From an uncultured Clostridia bacterium (GTDB taxonomy: Bacteria > Bacillota > Clostridia > Christensenellales > CAG-314): DNA of 64,000 bases. The position numbers were made by a program, and so were the translations under genes. Below the pieces are notes generated by a model that did not search any database, was not told the DNA's origin, and saw only the letters and a list, made by a program, of their open reading frames with translations. The DNA is taken from positions 8,989-72,988 of the forward strand of contig CANQYT010000006.1 of the NCBI GenBank assembly GCA_947628135.1. The letters are read 5' to 3'. Shown in pieces: positions 36,738 to 46,630 of the stretch (the stretch's first letter is position 1; each line of letters starts with the position of its first letter).

Positions 36738-38744
36738 TCAATTTGACAAAGAACCGGCAAATTGCTTTTCGGCAAATTCCTTGATGTCGGTGTAGATATC
36801 TTCGTGGAACGGATCGCCCAATCCGCAGAAGTCCAACACGCCCGACGTGCCCGTATACGAATAGTTGTTAGGGTCGAAGGTCTCGCAGTAGGTAAACAGT
36901 TTGAGATAGGCGGTACGCGCCGCTTCGAGACCGTCGTTTTGCGAGATGGCGTATATCTCCACTGCGGGCAGCGCGCTTATCGCATAGGAAACATAGTAAG
37001 CGGCGCTGTCGAACACTACGTAGTACCAATAGTCGGTGCTTTCGTACTGTACTTCTTCTTCGGTGATGTACCAGGCAAGTATGTCGGAATAGGCTTGATC
37101 GAAGTTGTCCGTAATTTCGCCCTTGTAAGCCTTCCACTCCAACTCGTCCACCGCTGCCGCCGTGATGATAGTTTGCAGCATATAGGAAACTTGCGACATC
37201 TCCAAAGCGCTCATACCGTCGGTAACGGAGTTGGGTCTGTACTGTTTGAGCCAGGCAAGGAACAGCATTTCGTCCCCCTGCGACTGCGTTTCGTCGTGGT
37301 CGTAACTCAGCGACAAACCGCCGTTGTGAATGTTTTCGTAGTAGTGACCGAACTCGTGTACAAAGGTAAACGCGTCGTCGTAGTATCCGTTGTTCTGGAA
37401 GTAGCACACAGGCGTGTCGTCGGAATTTATCCAAGTGGTATACGCGCCCTCATACGAACCGCGGAAATACGTGCCGTTGCGGAACATATCGTTGACTGCG
37501 AAGGAAAATTCGATGCCGCTTTTGCTGTCCACGTCGGCTTTATCCAACCACTTGAAGTAGTCGGCGATGTAGTTTACCGTGGCGGAATTGCCGCTGTCGA
37601 AAACGGACGTAAACACACCGTCGTAAAACTCGCCGTCCGCACCGCTCAAAGAGATATAACCGTCGTCGCAGTAGTCGAGAATGGCGTAACTCAAATCAAC
37701 GTAAAGCGGCGCGATATACTGCTTGATGTAGTTGCGCATTTGCGTTATCTCTGTTTCGCCGTACTCGCGGTTGTAGATTTCCTTGTAGGCATACTGCATA
37801 TAGTTGGGATAGTTGTACTGCGCCACTTCCGCATTGTTGGCGTCTACCAACTGCTTGTAAAGAGCGTTGAAAGTCTCAACTCCCGCGTTGTTGTTAATCG
37901 CGTCGTAGTAGTTCTCCAAGATGGAATCGGCAGTACCGCTTTCGGGGGCGTTGACGTACATTTCCGCGAGCGCAAGAACTTCCGTCTTGTCGTCGTCGGG
38001 GAACATAGCCCAGAAATCGTCGGAAAAAGCCTTGTCCGCGTCGATGATAAACTGCCAATACTTAACGAAAAATTCATTGTATGCGGCTTCGATAGCGGTG
38101 TAATCGGACGTACCGTTGACGTCGTTATACAAAGATGCCCAACTGTACTGACCGTCGAGATAGGTGATCTCGTCGTTGAACACGGAAAACGCCTCGTTGA
38201 ACTCAGCCGCCGTTTTGCCGAGCGCCGTTTGGCAGGCGTCGCTGTGCGTGCGAATGGTGTTTTCTTTCGCGGTGTTGAAATCGTACTTGTTGTCGTAACT
38301 GCGAGTGCCGCTGTTGCGCCCTATCGAAGTGCAGCCTTCGACGCTGCACTGCACGTAAGCGAAATAACTGTCGCCGTAATCGTGCGTGTGCGCGGGTACT
38401 CCGCTGCCGCCGCCTGTTCCGCTACCGCCGCCTGTTCCGCTGCCTGTGCCACTACCTGTGCCCGTCGGAGACCACTTGGCGTACAGGTGGGAATTGGTCT
38501 CCAACGCCGTGCCGTCCTCAAACGGTACGGTCATTTCGGGATCTTTGAACCACCCCTCGAAATCGTAGCCGTCCCTGTGAGGCGTGGGCAGTTTTTCGTC
38601 GGGATCGTACAAAAATCTCTGCGTACGGTCCAAATCGTCGTAGTGATGCAAGAAAACCACGACGTTGTTTTCGGAATTGCAAGCCGCCGCAAAACAAGTA
38701 CACAAAAGTACTGCCGCGAGCAAGATCGCAAAAAATTTTTTCAT
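36738..38744 (-). CDS. Lipoprotein with B-type repeat, Gly/Ser linker and M3-like (oligoendopeptidase F-like) zinc peptidase domain
   Basis: Lipobox AAAC; DGYDFEGWFKD..LYAKW; GTGSGTGSGTGGGSG linker; HEFGH plus downstream ETQSQ; start MKKFF at 38744. Confidence 0.75.
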   Translation of the reverse strand: MKKFFAILLAAVLLCTCFAAACNSENNVVVFLHHYDDLDRTQRFLYDPDEKLPTPHRDGYDFEGWFKDPEMTVPFEDGTALETNSHLYAKWSPTGTGSGTGSGTGGGSGTGGGSGVPAHTHDYGDSYFAYVQCSVEGCTSIGRNSGTRSYDNKYDFNTAKENTIRTHSDACQTALGKTAAEFNEAFSVFNDEITYLDGQYSWASLYNDVNGTSDYTAIEAAYNEFFVKYWQFIIDADKAFSDDFWAMFPDDDKTEVLALAEMYVNAPESGTADSILENYYDAINNNAGVETFNALYKQLVDANNAEVAQYNYPNYMQYAYKEIYNREYGETEITQMRNYIKQYIAPLYVDLSYAILDYCDDGYISLSGADGEFYDGVFTSVFDSGNSATVNYIADYFKWLDKADVDSKSGIEFSFAVNDMFRNGTYFRGSYEGAYTTWINSDDTPVCYFQNNGYYDDAFTFVHEFGHYYENIHNGGLSLSYDHDETQSQGDEMLFLAWLKQYRPNSVTDGMSALEMSQVSYMLQTIITAAAVDELEWKAYKGEITDNFDQAYSDILAWYITEEEVQYESTDYWYYVVFDSAAYYVSYAISALPAVEIYAISQNDGLEAARTAYLKLFTYCETFDPNNYSYTGTSGVLDFCGLGDPFHEDIYTDIKEFAEKQFAGSLSN

Positions 38745-38846
38745 AACGTTCTCTCCCCATTTATGAATCGAATTAAGTTTACGCTCTTTGCCGTCAAATG
38801 TCAATATATGAAGTTTTATTTTGTTGCGTGTAACGGGCGAAATTTT

Positions 38847-40334
38847 TTACCTGCGTATCCAAGTGGAGGGCGCAAACGTCAGCAAGATCGGGTAGATCTC
38901 CAACCTGCCTATCAGCATTGCGAAAGAAAGCACCAATTTACTGAACCAATTGTACATATAGTAGCCGCCCGCCACCACGCCGTATGCAGGACCGATGTTG
39001 TTTACGCAGGAGACCGCCGCAGTGACGTTGGATTCCACAGTGAGACCCGTGCCGCCGTCGAAACAAAGCAGGACGAAAGTCGCCGCGAGAATGAGCATAT
39101 ACAGCCCGAAATAGCGCACTACGCCGTTCAACGCCTCGTCGGAGATGGTCTTACCCTCAAACTTGACCGCGGTTGCGTTGCGTGGGTGCACCACTCTGCG
39201 CAATTCCTTACGCACGGCAAGGCACAATATCGCAACGCGGCTCACTTTCAAACCGCCGCCCGTAGAACCCGCGCAGCCGCCGATGAACATCAGTAGGAAC
39301 AGCAGACCTTTGCTCAAAAGGGGGAAGGCGTTTATGTCCCCTGCCGAAGCGGGTATGGAACTGTACCCCGTGGTGCTTATGAACGAAGCCACCTGAAAAA
39401 CGGCTTGTCTTACCGAATCGTGCGCGTTTGAGGCAAAGGGCAGGTCCGCCAAAGCCAGATCCACCGAAACGACGGCGGAAGAGGCGACTATCACGCTGAT
39501 GAATATCCACAACTCCGTGGAACGGAACGCGGACTTGAACTTGCGCAGTATCCACAGATAGTACAGGTTGAAATTGATACCGAACAGCACCATAAACGCG
39601 GCTATTATCCACTGACAGGCGGCGTTGTAGCCGGCGATACTGTCGGAATGCACTCCGAAACCGCCCGTACCCGCCGTGCCGAACGCGTGTACGAAACTGT
39701 CGAATACGGGCATACCCGCAATTAGCAGCGCGACTATTTCCGCGGCGGTGAAACCGATGTACAGCAAATACAGTATCTGCGCCGTGCTGCGCGCGCGGGG
39801 AACTATCTTGTCAACGGTCGGACCGGGCATTTCCGCGCGAAGCACGTGCATACCGCGATTGGAAGAGCCGCTTTCGAAAGCCATCAGAAACACGATGACC
39901 CCCATACCGCCTATCCAATGGGTGAAACTCCGCCAAAACAGCAGCGCTTTGTCCGTAAGATACATCGCGTCGATATTTTCCCCCGTGAGTATCGTTGCTC
40001 CCGTAGTGGAAAAACCGCTGCACATCTCGAAAAACGCGTCTATGTAGTTGGGTATCGCGCCGCTGATGACAAAGGGCAACGCGCCTATCGCCGATACGTA
40101 TATCCAACTGAGCGCGACTATCACCAAACCCTCTTTGGAAAATATCGCGCGGGATTTGGGACGGACGGCAAAGGTGAAAACAAGCCCCACCGCAAGGGAA
40201 ATGCCCACCGTAGTGAGCAACGCCCACCAACTGCTTTCCGAAAGGGCAACCGCCAACGCCGTGGGTATACACAGCAGAACGGCGAGAATTATGCCGATCT
40301 TGCCTACCGTGTTGAAAATAACTCTGTAATTCAT
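38847..40334 (-). CDS. trkH: Trk potassium uptake membrane protein
   Basis: Pore motifs SGFSTTGAT, TAGTGGF, STTGYS, GGCAGSTGGGLK, NNIGP, GRLEI. Confidence 0.95.
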   Translation of the reverse strand: MNYRVIFNTVGKIGIILAVLLCIPTALAVALSESSWWALLTTVGISLAVGLVFTFAVRPKSRAIFSKEGLVIVALSWIYVSAIGALPFVISGAIPNYIDAFFEMCSGFSTTGATILTGENIDAMYLTDKALLFWRSFTHWIGGMGVIVFLMAFESGSSNRGMHVLRAEMPGPTVDKIVPRARSTAQILYLLYIGFTAAEIVALLIAGMPVFDSFVHAFGTAGTGGFGVHSDSIAGYNAACQWIIAAFMVLFGINFNLYYLWILRKFKSAFRSTELWIFISVIVASSAVVSVDLALADLPFASNAHDSVRQAVFQVASFISTTGYSSIPASAGDINAFPLLSKGLLFLLMFIGGCAGSTGGGLKVSRVAILCLAVRKELRRVVHPRNATAVKFEGKTISDEALNGVVRYFGLYMLILAATFVLLCFDGGTGLTVESNVTAAVSCVNNIGPAYGVVAGGYYMYNWFSKLVLSFAMLIGRLEIYPILLTFAPSTWIRR

Positions 40335-40335
40335 A

Positions 40336-41697
40336 CTACCTCAAAACGTCGTTAAGATCGTACAACTTTGCGTCAAGCGCAATGACGATAACGCTGTCCC
40401 CTTCCAGAATCTGATCGTCGCCGCTGGGAATGACGGTCTTGTTGCCGCGAATTATGCCCGCGATGACGGTGTTGGGGTTGAGGCGCAGTTCTTTCAAAGT
40501 TCTGCCGACGAGTTTGCAGTCGCCAAGCACACGAAATTCCAACGCCTCGGCGTGTTCGTCCATAAGACTGTACATCGTTTCCACCTTGCTGCTGACCGTG
40601 TTGTTGAGTGCGCGCGCATATCTCGTCAATGCGTCCGCAACCAACTTGCGCGGGGCTACCACGCTGTCCAGACCGAGTTTTTCCGACAGATCTGCCAATT
40701 CCGCGTGATTGACCTTTGCAATGACCTTGGGAACGTGCCGACTTGCCGCGTAGAAACTTATCAGAATGTTTTCCTCGTCCGTGCCAGTAAGCGCGACAAA
40801 CGCGTCCGCGCTTTCCACGCCCTCCTCCACAAGCAGATCGTGGTTCATTCCGTCGCCGTGAATGAGCGTTGCGCCCGCGGGCAATTTTTCCGCGAGTTCG
40901 GCGCAGCGATCCTCGTCGCGCTCCACTATCTTGACATAGTAGCCGTTTGCAACGAGCAATTTCGCAAGATAGTACGCCGTGGTGCTTCCTCCGAGAATAA
41001 TCACGTCGCGCCCCTGCTTTTGCAGAGCGCCGATACTTTTGAGAAATTTGTGCGTTTCGGAACGCTTGACCATAATGGCGACCCTGTCCCCCGCGTGCAA
41101 CACGAACGTGCCGTTGGGAACGTGCACCTCTTCGCCGTTTTGTACGGCGCACACGACAAATTCGACGGGGCACTTTTTGCGCAAATCCATCACGCTTGCG
41201 TCGCAAAGCACCGAACCTTTGCGCACGATAAGTTCCAACAACTGCAATTTTTTGCCAGCAAAATTGTCAACGGAGACTGCGGACGGAAGTTTGAGCCAGT
41301 CGAACAGCGTTTCGGCGGTGAGGCGCTCGGGATTGAGCACCATCGAAAGTTCCAATTCCTTTACGATGAAGTTGAGCCCGTCCTCGTTGTAGTCCGCTTC
41401 CCTTATGCGGGCGACGGTGTGCTTTGCACCCATACGCTTTGCAAGAAAACAACTGAGCATATTCACTTCGTCCGACTGCGTGACTGCAATGAACAGGTCC
41501 GCCTTGTTTACGCGGGCGGAAAGCAACATTTCGCGTGAGGTGGCGCTGCCGCACACCGCCATTACGTCAAACGTGTTGGACACCTGTTCGATGACGTCGG
41601 GATCGTTGTCTATCGCCGTGATGTCGTGATTGTCGTCCGTCATACTGTCGATGATGGCTTTGCCCACTTTTCCGCAACCTGCAATGATTATCCTCAT
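40336..41697 (-). CDS. trkA: Trk potassium uptake NAD-binding subunit
   Basis: MRIIIAGCGKVG, two RCK_N/RCK_C pairs; adjacent to trkH. Confidence 0.95.
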   Translation of the reverse strand: MRIIIAGCGKVGKAIIDSMTDDNHDITAIDNDPDVIEQVSNTFDVMAVCGSATSREMLLSARVNKADLFIAVTQSDEVNMLSCFLAKRMGAKHTVARIREADYNEDGLNFIVKELELSMVLNPERLTAETLFDWLKLPSAVSVDNFAGKKLQLLELIVRKGSVLCDASVMDLRKKCPVEFVVCAVQNGEEVHVPNGTFVLHAGDRVAIMVKRSETHKFLKSIGALQKQGRDVIILGGSTTAYYLAKLLVANGYYVKIVERDEDRCAELAEKLPAGATLIHGDGMNHDLLVEEGVESADAFVALTGTDEENILISFYAASRHVPKVIAKVNHAELADLSEKLGLDSVVAPRKLVADALTRYARALNNTVSSKVETMYSLMDEHAEALEFRVLGDCKLVGRTLKELRLNPNTVIAGIIRGNKTVIPSGDDQILEGDSVIVIALDAKLYDLNDVLR

Positions 41698-41796
41698 AAA
41701 AAAATTCCCCTTCTTCGGAAAACGGCGTCCGCGCCTTGCGCGGGCACATAATTCAACATTATACATTGTATCACAAGAAATCAACTAATGCAACAC

Positions 41797-41822
41797 AAAA
41801 AAAGGACGGCAAAATGCCGTCC
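41797..41822 (-). terminator. Intrinsic terminator after the acyl-CoA ligase gene
   Basis: GGACGGC stem followed by T7 on the minus strand. Confidence 0.75.
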
Positions 41823-41836
41823 GAAAAAAATATCCC

Positions 41837-43402
41837 TCAATTGCGCTCTTCCAACGCGCGGAAATCTATCTTGCCCAAAGGCGTGCGAGGCATTTCGTCG
41901 ATGACTTCCACGTAGCGCGGCACGGCGTAACGGATAAGATTCGCCTTGCAGTGCGCGGTGACCTTCGTCTTTACCTCGTCAAGCGGCATTGCACGCTTCA
42001 ACGTGACGTACACTTTGACGAATTGTTTGCCCTCCGTCTTTACGCCCACGGCGCACGCTTCCGACACAAAATCGAGATCGGCGACGCACTTTTCCACCTG
42101 CGCGGGGAACACGTTGACGGCGGCTATCTTCAAGGAACGCTTTTTGCGGTCCACCACAAACAAATACCCGTCGTCGAGATAGCCCACGTCGCCCGTTTTT
42201 ACCCAAACGACGCCGTTTCTGCGCACAAGACAGTCGTCGCCCTCAACGTAACCGCTCATTGTTCCGCCGCCGCTTACCGCTATCTCGCCCTTTTCGCCAT
42301 TCGGAAGAACGTTGCCGTCGTCGTCCCATATCTCCACCGCAAAGCCGGGCATAGGACGTCCGCAACTGCCCTTTCGGGAATGATCGTAGTTGTTTACCAC
42401 GCACACGCCGCACATTTCGGTAAGTCCGTAACCGCGCATAAGACGGGCGCGCGTGCCGTGCGAGGACAATATGCCGTCCACTTTTTCCACGAGACTTTCA
42501 TCGCAGACGTCTCCGCCGCACCAAATTACGTCGAGATTTTTGAGCCCTTTGCAATCGAAAACGCCCTTTGCAAGCATCTTTTTGAGCATTGCGGGCACGA
42601 CCGACCACACCTTGACGTTGTATTTGTTCAATATGCGAGCGACAGCCTTTACGTCGAATTGCGGCACGAGTACGAGACTGTATCCCACGCACAACGGTCC
42701 GTGCATAGCCGAACACAATCCGTATGCGTGAAATACGGGCAGCGTAGCCAGATTGTAGTAGCCGTGAGCAACGTTGGGATGATACATCGCCCACATACCG
42801 TCCACCACGCCGTTGAACGCGTCGTTGGTAAGTTTGACTATCTTGGGAGCGCCGCTCGTGCCGCCGCTGTGCATATAGCAGAGCAGGTCGCCGCCGCTGC
42901 CCTCTACCGCAGTGCCGACGCCTTTGCCCATTTTGAGCAGACGTCGGTACGTAAGTATGTTGCCGAGACGTTTGCCGAGCGCCGAATACAACTTGTAAAA
43001 GGGTTTGCGCACCGTTACGTAGTCGGCTATACTGCAACGAACGAGCGTCTGACCCAGACCGAGCAACGGACGTTCGTCCCGCACGGTCGCGTCAAAGAAA
43101 AACAGCGCTTTGGAGCGGGTCTTTGCGAGGTTTTCCGCAAGCAGATTGACGGGGACGAGGGGATGTACCACGTTTGTCACTATGCCCAATTTACTGCACG
43201 CGTAAAACGCCGCGAGCGCCTGCGGACAGGTGGGAAGTTGCAGGGTGACAACGTCGCCCTTGTTGAGCCCCATTTGCTTCAAGCCTCCCGCAAGCAGTTC
43301 GACGTGTTGCAGAAAATCGCTTGTTTTTATCGCGTGACCGTAAAATACTATTCTTCCGTCGCGATCTGCGCCGTTTTGCAATAATTCGTAGCAGGTGTTC
43401 AT
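41837..43402 (-). CDS. Acyl-CoA synthetase (AMP-forming, long-chain fatty acid ligase-like)
   Basis: YMHSGGTSGAPK, GYGLTE, TGDVG, DRKK, PRTPLGKID; alternative start 43414. Confidence 0.9.
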   Translation of the reverse strand: MNTCYELLQNGADRDGRIVFYGHAIKTSDFLQHVELLAGGLKQMGLNKGDVVTLQLPTCPQALAAFYACSKLGIVTNVVHPLVPVNLLAENLAKTRSKALFFFDATVRDERPLLGLGQTLVRCSIADYVTVRKPFYKLYSALGKRLGNILTYRRLLKMGKGVGTAVEGSGGDLLCYMHSGGTSGAPKIVKLTNDAFNGVVDGMWAMYHPNVAHGYYNLATLPVFHAYGLCSAMHGPLCVGYSLVLVPQFDVKAVARILNKYNVKVWSVVPAMLKKMLAKGVFDCKGLKNLDVIWCGGDVCDESLVEKVDGILSSHGTRARLMRGYGLTEMCGVCVVNNYDHSRKGSCGRPMPGFAVEIWDDDGNVLPNGEKGEIAVSGGGTMSGYVEGDDCLVRRNGVVWVKTGDVGYLDDGYLFVVDRKKRSLKIAAVNVFPAQVEKCVADLDFVSEACAVGVKTEGKQFVKVYVTLKRAMPLDEVKTKVTAHCKANLIRYAVPRYVEVIDEMPRTPLGKIDFRALEERN

Positions 43403-43550
43403 ACCATTACCCATCCGATGACACTTAGTATACCAAAGTTCGCCGCAAAATGCAATAAATATAGACGTTTAACGCCGCAAATCGCAATCGCAAGGCACAT
43501 TTTGCACAAAAAAACCGCCCGACCGAAGTCGGACGGCAATGATTCGAAAT

Positions 43551-44087
43551 TTACAGCAGGGGTATCACACCGAGATAACAAATGTCGCTTCGTTCGGCGG
43601 CTTTGCCTTCGGCAAGGACAAACGCCTTTTTCATTACCGTGCCGCCGCTCATCTCAACCAATTTTTCCAGACCGACGAGACTGTTGCCCGTGCTTACCAC
43701 GTCGTCGATTATGCCCACCTTTTTGCCGCGCATAAGTTGAGCGTCGTGCGCGGAAAGGTACAGTTTCTGCTCGCGCCCCGTGGTAATACTGCTTTGAATG
43801 TCCACTTCCAGACCGTCCTGCATATACAGTTTCTTGGATTTGCGCGCCACGGCGTAAAAGGGGTGTCCCAACTCGCGCGCAATTACGTGAGTGAGTTGCA
43901 AGCCTTTGCTTTCGGCGGTGAGCAATACATCGCAGTCGGACACGAGTTTTGCAAGTTCCTTTCCGCAATGTTCGGTAAGCGCGACGTTGCCGTGCAGATT
44001 GAAAAACGCTATCTTCGCGCCGCTCGGCAGCGGAATGACGGGGAGTTCGGCGTTGAAGCCTTTGATGTTTACCTTGAAAATTTTCAC
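43551..44087 (-). CDS. Type I phosphoribosyltransferase (adenine PRTase-like)
   Basis: AESKG, ARK, PRPP motif IIDDVVSTGNS; GTG start with GGAG SD. Confidence 0.88.
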   Translation of the reverse strand: MKIFKVNIKGFNAELPVIPLPSGAKIAFFNLHGNVALTEHCGKELAKLVSDCDVLLTAESKGLQLTHVIARELGHPFYAVARKSKKLYMQDGLEVDIQSSITTGREQKLYLSAHDAQLMRGKKVGIIDDVVSTGNSLVGLEKLVEMSGGTVMKKAFVLAEGKAAERSDICYLGVIPLL

Positions 44088-44187
44088 GTTGTATCTCCGA
44101 AAAATTTTTTCTGTGCAGTTGCCGTATTATTGTACTACTTTTGCCGTCGCTTTGTCAATAGGAAAGGCAAAAAATACGAGATGGGGG

Positions 44188-44757
44188 TCAAATTTTTACA
44201 CCGTGTTCGTAAACGGGAATTATCCTGTCCCCCTTGACGAGGTAGCCCTTTTCCGCAAAACGCCACATCGGCGCGTCGCTGTGGCTGTCGGAATAGTACG
44301 CAGCGAGGGACGTTTCGCCCGTTTGTTCGGTGAAATACTTTACTTTGTACTTGCCGTGGCAGTGCTTGCCCGTAAGTTTGCCTTTCGGGCTGAAATCGGT
44401 GGCGACGCACCTGACTCCCAACCTGCGGCACGCCTCGCCCACGACGAAATACGGAGTCGCCGACACCACCACGTCGTCATCGCGCTTTGCTGCGAGATAC
44501 CAACCCTTGATACGGCGCATATTTCTGTCCCAAAACTTGTTTACGTACCGTTGAACGTGCGGCACGAACACCACGAAACCCTCCAATAGCAGCAAATAAA
44601 CGTTTTTGTTGAGGATACGCAGACCCCTGAGCAGCAACGCCGTCAAGATGACGGGCAAATACAGCACCAGATAGGGCAGCCGCACCAGACAAAACAGTGA
44701 AAAACTGCGCATACTGTTGCCGCGGAATATCGTGTCGTCGAAGTCGTAACCGTTCAT
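44188..44757 (-). CDS. HAD-superfamily (IB-like) phosphatase with a hydrophobic segment
   Basis: Motif I YDFDDT, motif II VSAT, motif III K, motif IV YSDSHSD; ATG at 44757 lies 6 nt after the -10 box. Confidence 0.85.
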   Translation of the reverse strand: MNGYDFDDTIFRGNSMRSFSLFCLVRLPYLVLYLPVILTALLLRGLRILNKNVYLLLLEGFVVFVPHVQRYVNKFWDRNMRRIKGWYLAAKRDDDVVVSATPYFVVGEACRRLGVRCVATDFSPKGKLTGKHCHGKYKVKYFTEQTGETSLAAYYSDSHSDAPMWRFAEKGYLVKGDRIIPVYEHGVKI

Positions 44758-44843
44758 AAATTTATTATACCACAGCAAATGCTTTTTATCAAGTTTATAA
44801 TAGCAATGCGGACAAACGTCAAATTGCAAAGTTGTGCGCCCAT

Positions 44844-44873
44844 AAAATTGCCCCGACGGCGAAGTCGGGGCAA
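44844..44873 (-). terminator. Intrinsic terminator ending the AGPS-like operon
   Basis: TTGCCCCGAC-N6-GTCGGGGCAA then TTTT on the minus strand. Confidence 0.7.
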
Positions 44874-44887
44874 GGAATCGGCTGCTG

Positions 44888-46624
44888 TCACCACTTGGGA
44901 CGGATAAACTTTTTGCTCTTTTCGGGCAGGTCGAGACCCAGCGTGCCGCCCGGGTTCATCAGTCCGTCCGGGTCGAAGTGCTTTTTGAGAGCCTTGTAAA
45001 TCTGCATCTGACGAGTACCTATTTGTCCTTCCAACCAGGGCGCGAAAAATTTGCCTATGCCGTGATGGTGACTGATAGCCGCGCCGCTCTTCTGAATGTG
45101 GTCGAGGATACCGCTCCAATAATCCACAAATTCGTCCAACTTCGTCATACGGGCGATGAAGATAAAGTACAGGTTTGCGCCCTGCGGATAGCAGTGAGAC
45201 ATATGGGTCATACAAATGGTGTCGGGACGGCTGTGGCAGTAGTCGCGCACCATTTTGTGGACCTGTTCCATCTGACTCCACCTGACGCTGCATTCGAGGG
45301 TGTCCGTCATTATGCCGAAATCCTGCATACTGTCGCGCAGATAGGGGTCGTTGAAACGTCCCTTTTCCCACGCGGAAGTGACCGCGCCGGTGAGACTCAT
45401 CGCTTTGTACTTTTTGCAAATACGCTTTACGTTGCGGCGGACGTTTTTGCAGAAACCTCTTTCGCCGTCGGTGAAACCGAGGAACAGACAGCGTTCGTGC
45501 GGTTTGTAACCGAACATTTTGAGCAGACCGTTGAGCGGACTTTCGTCTACGCCGTACATACGCATAGTGATGTCCGTTTCTTCGGGGTCGGACAGACGGA
45601 AAACGCTCGGACGTCCGCATTCGCACTGCATAATCTCCCTCGCCGCTTCCATTGCCGATTGCCAATCCTTGAACATATAACTGAATTTGAGGTGGTTTTT
45701 CGGCTGCCAACGGAAAATTTTGAGTGTGACGTGCGTAAGCACGCCGAATGTGCCCTCGCTGCCCATCATTATCTGGTTGATGTCCGGACCGGTTGCGCGC
45801 GCGGGAAAGGCTTCCGTCTTTACCACGCCCGTGGGTGTGGCGTACTCCTGCGCGATGACGATGTCCTCTATCTTGCCGTAGTAGGTGCTGTTTTGCCCTG
45901 CGCCGCGCGTAACGGTCCAACCGCCTACCGAACTGTACTCAAACGATTGCGGAAAATGTCCGCAGGTGTAGGCGCGCTTTGCTCCGAACAGCCGCTGTGC
46001 GTCGCGCAACGTTTCTTCCAACTTAGGTCCGCTCATACCCGCTTCCACGGTGATGGTCTGGTCCGTCTCGTTGAAATCCACCACCTTGTTGAAGTGACGG
46101 CGCATATCGAGGGTGATACCGCCCTTTATCGGCTCTACTCCGCGCGTGACGGACGAACCGCCGCCGTAAACGTAGAGAGGTATCTTGTGCCGCACGCAAA
46201 ACGCCACCAACTTTTCCACGTGGTCTTTGTTTTCGGGGTAGACGACGGCGTCGGGAACATTGTCCGCGATATGCTCCCGCAGACGAAGCAAGTCGTACAT
46301 CGTTTTGCCGTACGCTACCGACAGACGGTCGTAGTCGTCGGTGGAAACGTTGTCGTCGCCCACTATCAGACGCAATTCGTCCAACTGTTCCAACGTCAGA
46401 GCGCAAGGTTTGTCAAGTTTGACTATTTCCAGCCCCAACGGCTCGGCGTAATTTTTGAAATCGTCGTCGGTGAGGTGAAACGTTTCCTTCATCATCTTGT
46501 ACAGCGCTTCTTTGGGCGCTTTGACAAAGGCGGGATCGCCCCATTTGTAGATGGAACGGTAACTTCCCTTGGGGGCGACTTCTCTGTACCATTTCGGCTC
46601 GAAGCCTTTGTAGGGTTTGCTCAT
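44888..46624 (-). CDS. FAD-linked oxidase family, alkyl-dihydroxyacetonephosphate synthase (AGPS)-like protein
   Basis: PDAVVYP, YGGGSSV, GHFPQSFEYSSVGGW, GSEGTFGV, RLSD, HMSHCYPQGANLYF, SHHHGIG, DPDGLMNPG. Confidence 0.85.
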   Translation of the reverse strand: MSKPYKGFEPKWYREVAPKGSYRSIYKWGDPAFVKAPKEALYKMMKETFHLTDDDFKNYAEPLGLEIVKLDKPCALTLEQLDELRLIVGDDNVSTDDYDRLSVAYGKTMYDLLRLREHIADNVPDAVVYPENKDHVEKLVAFCVRHKIPLYVYGGGSSVTRGVEPIKGGITLDMRRHFNKVVDFNETDQTITVEAGMSGPKLEETLRDAQRLFGAKRAYTCGHFPQSFEYSSVGGWTVTRGAGQNSTYYGKIEDIVIAQEYATPTGVVKTEAFPARATGPDINQIMMGSEGTFGVLTHVTLKIFRWQPKNHLKFSYMFKDWQSAMEAAREIMQCECGRPSVFRLSDPEETDITMRMYGVDESPLNGLLKMFGYKPHERCLFLGFTDGERGFCKNVRRNVKRICKKYKAMSLTGAVTSAWEKGRFNDPYLRDSMQDFGIMTDTLECSVRWSQMEQVHKMVRDYCHSRPDTICMTHMSHCYPQGANLYFIFIARMTKLDEFVDYWSGILDHIQKSGAAISHHHGIGKFFAPWLEGQIGTRQMQIYKALKKHFDPDGLMNPGGTLGLDLPEKSKKFIRPKW

Positions 46625-46630
46625 AGATTT

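Noticed and set aside
36762-39296. 844-aa plus-strand ORF
   Set aside because: Antisense to the M3-like lipoprotein and trkH; V/R-rich shadow composition.
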